A DNA stretch of 63,290 nucleotides, filler included, from Basidiobolus ranarum (GCA_040143965.1; 9 parts of 9 records of this genome joined end to end with filler, not necessarily neighbours in it); one strand, 5' to 3'; counted from the first letter of the whole stretch, positions 14,227 through 27,972 are shown. The notes: generated by a model from the letters alone, not told the origin. Numbers and translations: made by a program.

Positions 14227-14942
14227 GAAACAACCTATAATAGCACTTACAACAACAGAAGCTGAATACATGGATGCTAGTAAAGTAACAAAAGTAGCAA
14301 TATGGTTAAGAAAACTCTTAGCAGATTTAGGTTATTCTCAATATTCACCAATCATAAATTTCAAGATAATCAAAGTTGTATCCATTTAGCTAAAAATCCC
14401 ACATTTCATAATAGAAGCAAACATATCGATATTAAGCATCACTTAATTAAAGAGACTATAGAGAATAAGTTTATTGACTTAACTTATCATTCTACAGAAG
14501 ACATGATTGCTGATATATTAATCAAACCATTAGCTAGACAGAAATTTGAGAAATTTAAACCTTTCTTAGGATTAGTTTAAATGACTATTTAGTTGAGGGA
14601 GAGTGTTGAAATTAACATTTCCTAAGCACCTATATAGTCACATATACCTTAGTACTTAGTTATCTTATAATTCACTAAGATATTATCCATTATTCTCAAT
14701 TGGAATTTACTTAGAGTATTTTTACCTACTTAAAAGTTCTCAGATATATATATTTTTCAAAGAAGCCCCAAACTTTGCATACATGTTCCTGGGACCTTCC
14801 CTAACACATTCTACATGTTGGTTTGTTTACATCTTGACAAAACTATAAATGTCAACTGAATACTCCATAAATCAACAAGTGAGAACCACCAATTCCACTA
14901 ATTCTCCAAACCACTTCCAACAGGCTCTCAAATACTTTAACA
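14227..14942 (+). mobile_element. Copia family A RNase H, PPT (~14591-14603) and complete 3' LTR (14604-14942, 339 bp, TG...CA)
   Basis: QDNQSCIHLAKNPTFHNRSKHIDIKHH...MIADILIKPL, then AGTTGAGGGAGAG-TGTTGAAATT...AATACTTTAACA. Confidence 0.9.
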
Positions 14943-17900
14943 AATCAAGCATGCCAATTGTGAAAAATAAGTTAAATAGGTGCTGCGTTAGAGAGTTTAA
15001 AGATATTTACCAATAATAGTTTGATTGTTAATGGAAATTACTCACAAATATATTTCCATATAGTATGACAATTATAGATAAAAGGATACATTCAAACAAT
15101 GCCCAAAGCTTCAACACTATTTTGATAAGTAAAATCTTGTTGAGGGGTTATATTTGTTTTAAAAGTGGTGTAACTTGGGTTTTAAAGGCAGAAAATAGTA
15201 ATAAGACTCTATTCCCAGAGTGCTCAGAGAGTCAAATGAAATGTTTAGGGTGCTTTGGCTAAGTTTGATATTTCGACTTTTCTGAGCATTCCTGTGATAT
15301 TCATTGAGTAAATAATAAACACGCAATATATATATATATATATAGTTGCTTAATTTTACTATTTTAACAAGTATGGATTTTGCGATAGCAATTATATTGT
15401 TCTTGAATACCCTAAGACATTACTTAACATCAAATATATTAATACGTCTCGATTGGATGAACAGTTTCATATAAATAAATTCATCATTATAAACTATAAC
15501 AAATATGAAAATGTAGTCAGAAAGTGTTATAACTGTGAGCAAGTTACACCTTGAACATATTGATGGAGTTTCAGTTTCAATGAAAAGACTTGAATTCTCT
15601 TTGAAACACGAAGAGTACCCAAGCTAGATGCGAGACTTTGGGTCTACTCCCATAATATATACTCAACCTTATTGAGTCAACACCAACAATAAAATAAGGT
15701 ATTTGCATTACTCCCCCTTGTTCAGAAATACTTTAAAATACATTGCGTAGACATAGCTAATAACTATAGCTAGATAATAATTCTGACAGAGACAGTAGTT
15801 GACTTTAACTATATTCTGCAAGAACTCGCGACCATCTCAAACTACTCTACACTTAGATGGGCTGATAGAAGATACGGAATTTGCTCATGAACCATTTTCT
15901 TTGTTATATAGGTAATGAGTACAGATTACAAGATGATAGTGAAGCATGGTGACACAAAAGATGACATATTCCGAAGTGACATGCTTTGGGCTCAAATCGC
16001 CCAAATATCTTACCATAATTACTTGGCTAATCCATTCCAATCTTGGCCAAGGTACTTGTCTTTCTTTAAAAATCGTGGAACTATGTACCTGCAAGGATTT
16101 TACAAACATGTAAGATGTCCGTAATGCATTAGCCTCTTTCTCTTTGTTTTAAGCTCACAATGAGGTCTTTCAACCAGTAATGTATAAATAACCTCATAAA
16201 ACCGCTTCTGAACTGGGACATAATAATATATAAGCAATAATGAGAAGCGAGACCTGAGGCGTCTATTTTAGCAAGATTCCAAGTCTCAGAATTACCTTTT
16301 CCGATTTCTAAATGGTTCGGCTCCTAGCATTGTCTTATTCCACAACTAGTGAAGCGAAACGTTGCCGATATTGAAACTCTCAAAAGTGTACTTAGTTTTT
16401 GCTAGGCTAATAGATTAGGACTCAATTGATGTTTCAAACCAAGTCGGCATGTGACCTGGTCATTCTTCCAAGATACACAATAAATTCACATCGAAAACAC
16501 CCGATTATTAGACCCGAGATTCATCCTAGTTACACCTGATTCTTATTGCTAGTTCTGATTTACTATTGCTTAATACGGTTTAATTTCATATTCCATATAA
16601 ATAAGAAACACAATAAAAAGGAACAGGGTGGTCAAACAAACAACAGCAGTGATGTCTTGAAACTCTCATATAGCTATAAATTACAAGAGCGAACATAGAT
16701 GTAGAGTGTGGGTATAGAAAGATGGAAAGGAGGCTTGTTAAAAAGAAAATGGTATAGTAGCTGGCAAAAAAATGCAGAGAATCGAAAACGAAATGTCCAA
16801 AATGCCATTGGAAAAGTCTCAAACGCTGCAACAATCAATGTTAATGTCGTCAGGCCGCTTGAGGTTTTTTTCATCTAAAAATCAAGTGAAGATGGCAAGA
16901 TTTCTAGAAATTCAAAACAAACGATTCCGTTGAACGTTATGTACGTCTGAAAGACGATTTATAGTAATGAAGAAGGTATGGTGCTACTTATTATACACAT
17001 TTATACCACCTTACTGAAATTACTTACAAAACATGTCAATTTTATCTGCACGATGTTAAGGCCATATCAAAAAGAAGTCAAAGCCCATCATAACGATTGG
17101 TGACGAGGATGAAAATTTAGAAAGGCTAAATTCTCGTAAACCACTGCCTACTCCTATATTTCAGCTTAAACTAATGTTTACTTCACAGCTAACCAATATA
17201 CTCTAGATGGAAATAATCTCATCCTTTAAAAATTCATTTCACACTTTCATGACCAGCACGTGGTGCAATCTAAGTATTAGATGCTAGACACTCCTCTATT
17301 TTAGAACATGATATCAAGTCTATTATTATAGTATTTCTCCTACACAAACCGCAGCAGGAAATGTTCTCACAAAAACTTCAAATTAGCAGTCTATCTTAAG
17401 GCGAGCATTGGAGGAGTAAGAGATAACCCCCCACCTCCACTCGGCTCTATGAGATTTCAGTAGCCATAGTAACATGCTTTAGAGCGGAGATTTGTAGTGG
17501 GGTTCAATACTTAGGAAACAATCAATCATTGTTGCTGGGTGCATAATAAATGACATGTTTGGACTGTGAAATAGCAACCACAAATTTGCAGAACCAAATG
17601 GAATTTAATTTATAACTACTATTCCACTCCATTCAGCAGGTTTCGGATGCAGCATTGCGGAATTGTATTCATGGCAATTAGCCTATACATTAGCTATTTA
17701 CACTCATCACTAGCTGAATCCCGAACACCCGCCCCTAGTCTGTTTTTGATGCAATCTCATGAAAGTAACTAATATTCTATTTAGCCCAATAGACCACACA
17801 TAGGGATCACTTAGCAAGCTAAATCTGGCACCTTATCGGCAACTAAAATCTAGTGTACATGAACTTAATCAGGACCAAACTGAACACGTAATAGCCAGCA

Positions 17901-19737
17901 TTCAGATAGACATTCAACCATAACAAGAATTTTGATAAAACCAACCTGAACCATGTTACTATCTAGTCGGTACAAGCTTATCAAAGGATTGCCAATTACC
18001 ATTCAATGGCACGCCTTGAATGAGTGTCATTTGGAAGGAGGTGATGCTATTTACATCTCCAAACATTAATCTCAAGAAATGACGAGACTACATGATACAA
18101 TGACGTACGAATGAAGCCTCTGAGGCTACTGTTTCGTAACTGCTCATCCATACCGGGACTCTGATCGATAATTTCTCCCTAGTAAGTGTCAGCCCCAGCA
18201 GTTTCGGCAGACGGGTGAGATAGGTAATATTCCCTGAACATCGCACTAACCAAAAACCCAGTCCAATTTGTGGCGGCAATAACCAATCACTACTGACCGT
18301 TTGTCTTAGCTTGACCGCTACCATAGGTGTTGATCTCATTTCCAGCTATATATGGTGCCAGTTGATCTATATCCAGCCATTGCTGATGTCATGATTTCGT
18401 GATAAATCGGTTAATGATATCAGGGACAGGATTTATCGCAAGTAAGCCCCAAGGGGATGAAATCAAACCAGCCAATTATAGAGCCATTGATAAATCACTT
18501 GCCAATACCCCTAAAGACCACGGCGTCTCCTCTGGATCTACCTCGACTGTGTGATATTTGTCAAGCTGATTGGAACGCGATCGATGCATGAAGAGAACAA
18601 CGAAGAGAGTAAATCATTGGCCTCATCCTCCGCTCAGCGCAACCAGCTCTAGTCACCAACTCATTGTCTCACAAGCGGATATTTCCCACTATGCGTTGGA
18701 AGCTCCAACTCTATGTAGTGTGCAGTCCAATGCCCCAAGTGCGAGGTTATCAATTTAGCACTGATCTCCTATCAGACACCGTTGGAGATTGATCAAGTGG
18801 AGGTTAGCAGTCAACAAGGTGACATAAAACCATGTGAGAGCGCGTATGGGATGATTTGTGGCTTTGTTTGGAATAGATCTCAAGAATGCTACGTAATAAT
18901 ATCGAGATGTTGCTGCTATTCCTAGGAATTGGATCTCCCATTCGTTTGTGTTGATGCTTCTAACATGATTGCTGTATTACTCATTCACACTCTTCATTGG
19001 TTTGTAGATTTCATTAATGACTAGGGATCTGGAAATGCTCCAACTTCTAGGTCACAAACATTCATTCAAATGCTAATTTTATTAATCAATTTATGCGATA
19101 GGGTGAAGTGAAGTCACCCTATTTTAGAAAGTTTGATAGCGATTTGCCATAGGGGGGACCCCTCAACGTCAGTTGGACGGGATTTTATTGCTTTATCCAA
19201 ACATTACACGACGCCTCCTTTGTTATCAAACCCTAGTTTGATTTTTGAGGACTACCTATATCATACGCATTGACATTCGCTTATTTGGAACTTACATCTC
19301 TCTCCACTCTCTATTCCAAAGTTCTCGTTAGTTCCCTACACACTTTTGTCTGACCTCCTCTATAACACAACCGTAATTATTGGTATTTATATCTCACTTT
19401 TCTACGCTTATGAGACTGTTCTTATTGTTGGGAGGGTGGTTCTGCTGGTCATGGTTTTGAAGGTTACAAGTGGCACTTTAGTAAGACCTTACGTATAAAG
19501 AGTCCACCGTAGCTATCAGTTATCTATTCCTCATACTAGCAAGATATTTCAGGTCTATATCGCCGTGAATATCCACTTGCTAGTATTGGTTTAGGTGCAA
19601 CCAGAAGTCATCGTCTTGAACCCCCTCGCAACCATTCAAGTTTCTTTATTCCGCCACCACAGTTTGATACTACTTTTTGGTTCCAAGAATAGCTATTCTA
19701 AGTGATATTTTTTTAGTATTTACTTATTTAGAGTAAA

Positions 19738-21068
19738 ATGTCTGCTATTACTGATAAAGAACAGATTGAAAATCCAATCTTGAACGAAGAAGAAGAAGAT
19801 AGTACCAACATTAACCTTCCCGAAGTTACTGATGGTACAGGAAGTTTATCCAAAAGTAAGAAAAAGAAGAATAAGAAGAAGAAAAAGAAGAACAATATTG
19901 ATACTACTACCACTCAAGATGCCTCTGAACCAGGTACACCTGTCACGGAGAAAAATCCTCTTGAACCAGGTAAGTAATGCTAATATTAAGTTGATTAAAA
20001 TCATGAATTCAAAATTCTTCATTTCATTTAGATACCGTAGATGCGGATATTGTTGAGGAATCTAAAATTGATATGGAAGAAGGTAAATTCCAAACTTTAG
20101 TTGAAGAAGAAGTACCTGTTGAATTACCGAAGGTAGAAAAGATTCAAGCAGATGATCTAGTCACAGCAAGTACGGAGGGAAATACCGAAGCCAGCTTTTT
20201 ACCCTTGGTTGAAGAGAATGTCGATAGTGACCCTGTGATTCTTGAAACTCCACAAAAGTTGGCTACTGATGCTACTGAAGAAGTGAAAGAGAAAACTTCT
20301 GACGCTACTGAAACTGCCCGAGAGATTACTGTCGATGCCACCGAAGTCACTAAAGAGAAAACCAAGAAAGCTACTCAAGCTGCTGTTGTGACTGGTGAGG
20401 CTACCAAAGAAGCAGCTGCTGAGACCTATGAGGCTACGAAACAAAAAGCATCTGATATTACTGAGGTAACCAAAGAAAAATCCGCGGAGGCTAGCGACGC
20501 GGCTGCTGAAACTTATGAAACTGCTAAACAACAAGTAGCTGATGCTGCTGAAGTAACTCAAAAAAAGACCGCTGAAGTTACTAATGCTGCCACTGAGACT
20601 TACGAGGCTACCAAGGAAAAGGCGGCTGATACTGCTGTTGCAACACAAGAAAAGGTCGGAGAAACATACCAGGCTGCTAAACAGCAAACCACTGATATTG
20701 CCGACACTACCAAAGAAAAGGTTGCTGATACTACTGACGCTGCAGCTGAGACCTACGAAGTCGCCAAAGAGAAGACTGCCAATGCAGCAGCTGCCACACA
20801 AGATAAAGTGGGAGAAACATACCAAGCTACCAAGCAGCAGGCTGTAGATGTTGCTGACGCCACCAAAGAAAAGGCTACCGAGGCTACCAATGCTGCTGCT
20901 GAAACTTACGAAGTCACCAAAGAGAAGACTGCCAATGCAGCAGCTGCCACACAAGACAAAGTGGGAGAAACATACCAAGCTGCCAAGCAACAGGCAGTAG
21001 ACGGTGCTGACGCCACCAAAGAAACGGCTACCGAGGCCACCAATGCTGCTGCTGAGTCTTACGAAGTC
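19738..21068 (+). CDS. Acidic Ala/Thr/Glu/Lys-rich LEA (group 3)-like repeat protein; exons 19738-19969 and 20032-(21068), 3'-truncated at the contig end
   Basis: A 62-nt GTAAGT...GCTAAT...TAG intron (19970-20031) joins the two ORFs in frame. Poly-Lys tract KSKKKKNKKKKKK. Repeated AAETYE.AKEK/VGETYQA.KQQ units with a 153-nt (51-aa) higher-order period. Confidence 0.8.
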
Positions 21069-23534
21069 NNNNNNNNNNNNNNNNNNNNNNNNNNNNNNNN
21101 NNNNNNNNNNNNTTAATTAATTAANNNNNNNNNNNNNNNNNNNNNNNNNNNNNNNNNNNNNNNNNNNNACGATTGGCTGTGTCTTACTTTAATACACACA
21201 AGGGTGGCACATAGTTCGGTGAGCATTAGATTTCCATAAAATACCTCAACCTATGTAGAAACACCTCAATTTCGGAACGAATGTTGCTGCCACCAGAGAC
21301 AGTGAAACAAGCACCGAGATATTCGCTAATTCATCCGAATTGTGTCCAATGGCGTTTGGCAAGGTATATTTGAGTTAAATAACAAACACAGTTTCATGGA
21401 AATGAGGAACCTTCAGTAACAGAATCTCCATCAAGTTCATGTTGAGAAACCCTTTGGCAAGGCACCATGATGGCTATGGGGCTAGCCATGGCGGCGTGTT
21501 CTAGTCCACGACGCACTGTTAGAGCCAGGCGGAAGTCGCAGTACAGAACAATCGATACATATTGCCGGATAGGATGTGTTCGGCTACCGTGTCTAGTCAT
21601 TACTGAGAAACAAGTCTTATTACTAGCGCTTAGAGCCGTTGGTGGATTATAAATCATGTACCACGTTTATTGCTTGGGTACCAGTTACCAGACTTGAAAA
21701 CACTCGAACCGAAGAGGCCCCGATTTTTGTAAGATCTTCAAATGCACTCAAATAACATTTTGTGCCAATCATTTATTACTATCGAATGGAATGCATATAT
21801 TCGGCTTGAATTAAATCAGTAAACAAAGAAGTTAATTATTCGTTAACTTGCAGAATGTGTGACTAAATAAGTAGTACTAGCGGGAGTCCGGTCACCCTTC
21901 CCACCATAATAAATTAGTGCTTGAAAGTAAGCTTAGGAGACGGTGTGGAGGACCAAGTGTGTGATAATCTGAGATTGAAGTCCATGACAATATCTGGTCA
22001 ATTATCTCTTGTCGCCAATCACAGGAGATGATTTAAATTGCTCCTCTTCTGGCTGGAGAACTTTGTTGAAACTTTATTGCTGCTCGATCAAAGAATATAT
22101 TTGGTAAAAAAACGTTATTGGGAGGATCTCGATAGCCATAACTAACGCTCTAAAGGGGTTAGCATACTTGATTAAGCAAATGTAGTCCAATCTAAGCTAG
22201 ATATGCTGATGGCTTTGTTGAGCACCTTTCATTTGTATCTAGAGTGCATCATACATGAGCTTGAAATAAGCATAAATGGCGCAGGTAGCTGCCTTTTACT
22301 GTCAATCAGCCTTGGCAAGATGGGGTCAAGATGAAGCACAGCAGCGTTATTTTTGGCCGTTTTCCAGGGTGTCTTAATTGCCTTGCCACGCTGAAAGATT
22401 TCAACTTGCAAACAATTGGTAAGGTATTGAATTTTCATTATTGACGAGTACCATCACTTAAAACCCCACCTGTTACTAATAACCATCGTTGAAAGGCCAT
22501 GTTGGATGAGACGCTGGCTACTGGACCAACTCGGTAGATCTGATCAAGACACAAAGGGATATAAAAGGAATGAAAGTCAGGTATACTGCCAAAATATGCG
22601 CTCAAGCACAATGTGAATGCCCCAAAAGCTTTATGTGTGGGATGTGAGAGACTGTGTTTTCGAGACCTTTAGTTATTACGTCTGTCGATTGAGTAGAAGA
22701 GAGCCTGGGAGTGATGATTGGATTTTTTAGGAAAAAGTTGGCCTATAGAGTTCTTTTTCCTGTACCATTGGTACTTCTTAGTAGATCTCAACAATACTAA
22801 TATAGACTGCAAACAACGTAGGCAATTCCTATTGGAGTCTATATTGGCGTTCACAACTCTAGCCTCAAAAAACGAAGAGATACCTTTCTAGTGGACTCTA
22901 TGCAGGCACCCAAATACTCAATCCTATTTTGTTCCATCATTAATTTGGGAAGGGTGCGTACGTTAGCTGTTTCTTTGCGCAGCCCATATTAATCTATGGT
23001 GGGTGACATGTCTGTTTAAATCGGATTATGCGAATGGCTTTATTGACAAAAATGAGACGTAGTCAAAAACATCATGGCGCATGGTTTTTATTGCTGATCT
23101 ATCACGTGGTTTTCAGGTATTCTTTTTGGTCACAACTGTATACTCCATGGTCTGGGTAAAACGGCCCATTAGGTGTGCTTGCTTGAGCGGGTCATGACGC
23201 TCTCATAAGGAGTTGTTAGTTGACTTTACTAGTAAGGGGATATGGGATAGTTGTCAACGATCGTTGAAATCTAGCGATTGCATGGATGATTAACTAGGTC
23301 AAAGGAGAAAGGTATAAATACGATAGGATATAGAGAAATGAAATATAAGATCGGGTGTTGAATTACAAAGTGTGAAAGAGAGGAGCGGAATAATTGTAAT
23401 TTTCTGAAAACTATAGAATACCTAAAGGCAGTATGAAAGAATTTAAAACTAGAGATACATTGGAAACAGATCATCTAATGCTAAACGATCTCTAACATGA
23501 AGTTGCACGATTGTTGAGATGTTACAGTAATTTC

Positions 23535-24898
23535 TTAGTTCTTCCTCTGAGGATAAGTCCCTGATTCAAATGCTTCTGCTTTTTCACAGTAAGGCAATGG
23601 CCTATTTTGAGCCTCTTCGAGTTTTTTCTTGTCGGTCATAAATGGGGCCCAACCCTGGGCTCGCATTATAGCATCCCGTTTTCTCTGATACTCTTGGTTA
23701 CAGGCCTGCACCAAAGTTTGGTGATAATGGCGCTCCACATTTCTTTCAAATTGCTCGAATTTGGTGTTATAGTGATTAGGGAAGACACTGTTGAATTCTT
23801 GAGGCTCGACAAAATATTCCACATGGCGCTTAACAGTTGTCCGTCTATCATTGTATTGGCCTCGCTTACTGAAAGAAAATCCGGGATCGGGGGTACCACT
23901 AAACATCGAAGAGAAAATAGAGAAGAGAAAAAGAAGGAAGAAAGGTAGTAATTTAACGAGTGTAGAGGCATCCGAGTCGGCAGGAGCAGCTCGTCGTGCG
24001 TGTTGAGGTCTTTGGTATTGTCGACGGTAGCGAATACCATCAGCGCCCATGAATGTGGCAGGCTGAAAACCTATAATCCATTAAAAGTTTGATATCATTG
24101 TTTCTAATAAATATTTCTATGGCCAGAAATTATTATTTACCACCGAAGAACATATTGAAGAGTTGCTCAGGGTTGATCTCATCTTCAAACTGGTACCCGC
24201 GAGTGTTTCCAGAGAAACCTCTCATACCGGAACTCCGTGACTCAGGATCACAACCAGAGCGATCAAATTCCTCCCTTTTATCGACATCACTTAAAATAGT
24301 AAACGCCTTACTAATAACTGTACAAATGTTGTTTAATACTATCCATTCGCACAAAAAGGGGAATAAATGACTTACGCTTGAATGCTTCATCAGCCCCAGG
24401 AGCAGCATTTTTGTCCGGATGAAATTGCAATGCAAGCTATTGTTGAGGAAAAAGTAGAGCTGGTTAGTATGTGAAGGCTTTGTAATTTAAATAATCAATA
24501 AATACTTTTCTGTAAGCCTTCTTGATTTGGGCCTAAGTAGCCGAATTTTCAATACTGAGGATAGCATAGAAATCGTTGGGGTTGCAAGACTTGATTTTTT
24601 TGACAGCATCTACTTGCTCTTTTGTGTATGATTTCGTTTGGCCACCAGTAGAATCGGCAGCCTTTGGCTTAGATGAAACAGATGCCTTTGGATCAACAGA
24701 TGCTGTATAAGCGGGTGGTGGGTCAGAAGGTTCCTCAGCGGAATCTTCCACTTTCAATAGAAATTTCTCTGCCTCCGCTGTAGGGTACAAGGCAATTGAT
24801 TTCTTGGCGAATTTGAGAGCGCTTGTTCGATTACCGCCATCCCAATGTTTTTTGGCGATATCTAAACAACGCGATGCCTCGTCTTTGTTGACCTCCAT
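23535..24898 (-). CDS. DNAJB12/14 (Hlj1-like) ER-membrane J-protein with C-terminal DUF1977-like domain; exons 24898-24506, 24436-24376, 24317-24141, 24070-23535; in-frame TAG at 24533-24535 (possible pseudogene)
   Basis: MEVNKDEASRCL...ALKFAKKSIALYP N-terminus, J-domain FYAILSI...AQIKKAYRKLALQFHPDKN.APGADEAFK, EINPEQLFNMFFGG, TM segment LLPFFLLFLFSIFSSMF and YFVEP...ERNVE...C. Three canonical GT-AG introns. Confidence 0.9.
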
Positions 24899-25129
24899 AT
24901 TTAGTTTAGGGAGCAAAATGTCTTAAGAAGTAGAGTTATATTCAACAAGTGTTTGAAAGAATATATCTCAATAGTGGTAAGGGATATTTGAGAATAAACA
25001 ACCAATGAAAGTGCACCAACCCAGTCAGCATCTCGATACTTTTCATCAACGTTTTTTTCTGGTTTATCACCGTTACACCCAGCCAAATTGGGAATACGAT
25101 AATATAAGCAATATAAATATCTAGAACAT

Positions 25130-25149
25130 ATTCCAGAAGTTACTGGAAA
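25130..25149. promoter_or_regulatory. Candidate heat-shock element upstream of the J-protein gene
   Basis: aTTCc aGAAg tTACt gGAAa: four alternating nGAAn pentamers with one mismatch, ~230 bp upstream of the J-protein ATG. Confidence 0.4.
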
Positions 25150-25599
25150 TCTTAAACATGGATTATTCAGATTCGATATGCGACTCTTAATGATAATGAT
25201 TGGAGTTTGCTAGATAGGAGAGTTACTCCAATAGGGAGCTATGCCATGGCCATGTAGCTCACCATTTGGTACAGCGTTACTGTGCGCAGTATTTCAATTT
25301 TTCTAACTGGATTATTGAAAAACCAAACTCCAATTGACCATATATGTACATATAGATGAGCCATGTAGAATTTCGTTGCAACATTAGAATTCCAGCGTTT
25401 GATTGCTTCGCCCATTCGCCACGGATCCTGATCAGGCCCAAGATTATCTAGATGTTCGTTGAAGCAATCAAATCCCCCCCAAACTAGATGTATATGAAGG
25501 CAACTGGAAAATAATGAATTTGTCAAATGGTCGTTTTATTGAGAATTGATAACAAATGACTGGCAGTGTCTTCGATAAAATCGAGTCAATTCAGCAAAA

Positions 25600-26137
25600 T
25601 TAAGCAGAAGCGGTCTTGGTAGCCTGCTTCTTGGCTTGAGTACCTTCACGGAAACCGTTCTTGAAGCGGCGAGAAACACCCTTCAAGTATCTCATACGAC
25701 CAGTACCAGTGGTACTTCTTCTCTTAGCCTTCTCACCCCAGTTGAAGCTTCTGAGCTTGGCGGCGGGGTAACCGCAGCTAGCGCAGGTCTTCTTTTGGTT
25801 GTGGAAAGAACGCTTACCACAACGACGGCAAAGGGTGTGAGACTTGGTGTGACGCTTACCGAAACTTTGAGTACCCTTAGTCTAGAAGGTTGAAAATAGT
25901 ATTGGTTATTAAGTCGTTAGAGCACTGAAGAGCAATTGCTGTCGATAAAGCTACAAAAGCTTAGGATTTGGACGTATGCTCGATATCAGACAAGCATATC
26001 CATATTGTGGATCTGATCCATCCATTTAATACGAGTTTGATATCCACATACTCCAGCGTCTAAGCTAAAGGCGCTAAACCCTGAAATTTGTATCTCTCAT
26101 GAAATCTTGACAGCTGTGTAGAAAAAATACATACCAT
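25600..26137 (-). CDS. RPL37: 60S ribosomal protein L37 (eL37), 94 aa; exon 1 is the ATG alone (26137-26135), intron 26134-25882, exon 2 25881-25600
   Basis: Hand translation [94 protein letters not shown], with a GTATGT...TAG intron. Missed by the ORF track. Confidence 0.97.
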
Positions 26138-27972
26138 GATGAATGAATATTACTATCAAACGACCGCAAAGGGAGCGAGAGAGAAGGAATCCAGCTCCAG
26201 CGTCGTTGATGATTTTAACATTTACCCCATGTTGTCAGAGTTGCAATAGAAAAATTTAGTGCTTGGTGATTGGTTGTTGCGGATTTCGATCAATTTAGCT
26301 GATAATTTTTACTTGCAAAAAATGAAAATTCATTGGCACATTGTTGACAATTATGAAAATGTTGTTTAAACTGGCGTGTCATCACTATTCTACCATTCCT
26401 TCTAATGCTCTTCGATCTATATATTCAATTTGGAGGGAAATTGGATTTCATACTTGTAATATAAACTAAACGTATTTCGATATACACGAACTACATTATT
26501 ATTATTGTATTTTTCTGTTTTCCGCACTTGACTAGGCTTATCATGTGATATGAAGGTGACAACACAGTTTAATGCTTTTAGTATATCTTCCTCACATAAT
26601 GTTCTTCTGCATTGTAATGGAAGACTTTAGTAGGGATATAGCTTAATAATCTGGGGATGAAAACCATTCAATAATTAAAAGAATTTCATGAGTATCCACT
26701 GTCATTAAATATCAGAAGAAAATCAGCAAGTATCTATGTAAATTTTTGAGTCTAAGGAAGCCTTAGGAAACCGTTGAAATACTCATAGAATCATCAGGTA
26801 CAATTGATGTTGACCATATTTGACAAACTCATTATGACTATTTGTATCCAAAATAATACTAATCATGTTCAATGCTTTAGGGTGCATTTAAATGTTTCTT
26901 GCAGCACAAACACCAAGAGTGTGAGCTAGAACCCACCATCAAGTGCTTTGCAAGTAATTTTTCGATTATCTTATGTAGAGGATATGTGAGTCTAGAACTA
27001 ATATCAGTTCATTGTGACTTTGGGTTGAATATTTAGGTATTATATTCACAGCTTGCAACTTCAGTTAAAGCATCAGAGTTTATTTCTAGAGTAGAAGTCT
27101 GACCAAGTTAATCACGTGGCCATTCGAAAATCCAATATACAAAAGTACCCAAGATTATTGAAAAGGTGGGCTGATGTCTTTCTTCAAGGGAAGTGTGTAG
27201 GGGGTTGAATCTGGTCAGAAGTAGGAATCAAAAGCTTCCGGTTTAATATAAACAAGATTTCAGATAGCTTGGTTCCTGTAAGACTTGGTAAAGATCTTGG
27301 CATCAGAATTATGACAAATCCCACTACATGACTCATTGATGACACCATCAAGGTACATGATCAAGACTTCATTGTAAGCCAATGTTGGTCTAGATATTGG
27401 AACATTTCCCATCATATGTTGAATGTATTCTAACTATCTGGATCGATTGCTATATCCTGATCGTAGTGGGAATTCTCCGAGTATATTTGACGAAATCTGG
27501 GGCGTTGAATCAACCAACAACCAGGTATGAAGCCCTATTACACAGATTAAGAACCTGATGTAAGCTTCAATGAACAAGGATTTCTATGTATCCGGATTAG
27601 TTAGCAAGCACTGCCTAGCCTTTAATCTCCGAAATCCTGAAGATCAGGGATTCTTCGTATTTGCCGTCGTTTGCTCGACGGGTTAAATTAATGAGCAACT
27701 AACATACATGGCAATATCGTTAGATCACCTCGCTCGTGCTTGAAATAGAAATCATGTTGATCTCATTAACAACACCGCTGATGCTACTTCCAAACCTGAT
27801 TGGGATCTTGCTAGGCTTGTAAGACATGAGGATATTCACACATTGTAGATGAGCTTCCACATGATCACGGTGTGGTCAAAACCACGTTGCGAAACTCTAT
27901 TGACGAGCATATACGGAAATTACTGCATATGTATTCACACTAATCTGCCCGCATCGCATACTCTAAATACCT

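Noticed and set aside
16580-17140. Possible RhoGEF DH-PH pseudogene remnant
   Set aside because: Only faint residue echoes across several frames, not enough to call.
20144-20990. Antisense ORFs (263 aa, 73 aa) over the LEA-like gene
   Set aside because: Shadow frames of a repetitive coding sequence.
25636-25893. 85-aa plus-strand ORF
   Set aside because: Antisense shadow of RPL37 exon 2.
26600-27700. Possible minus-strand decayed gene
   Set aside because: Protein-like patches but many stops, and no family could be assigned by eye.
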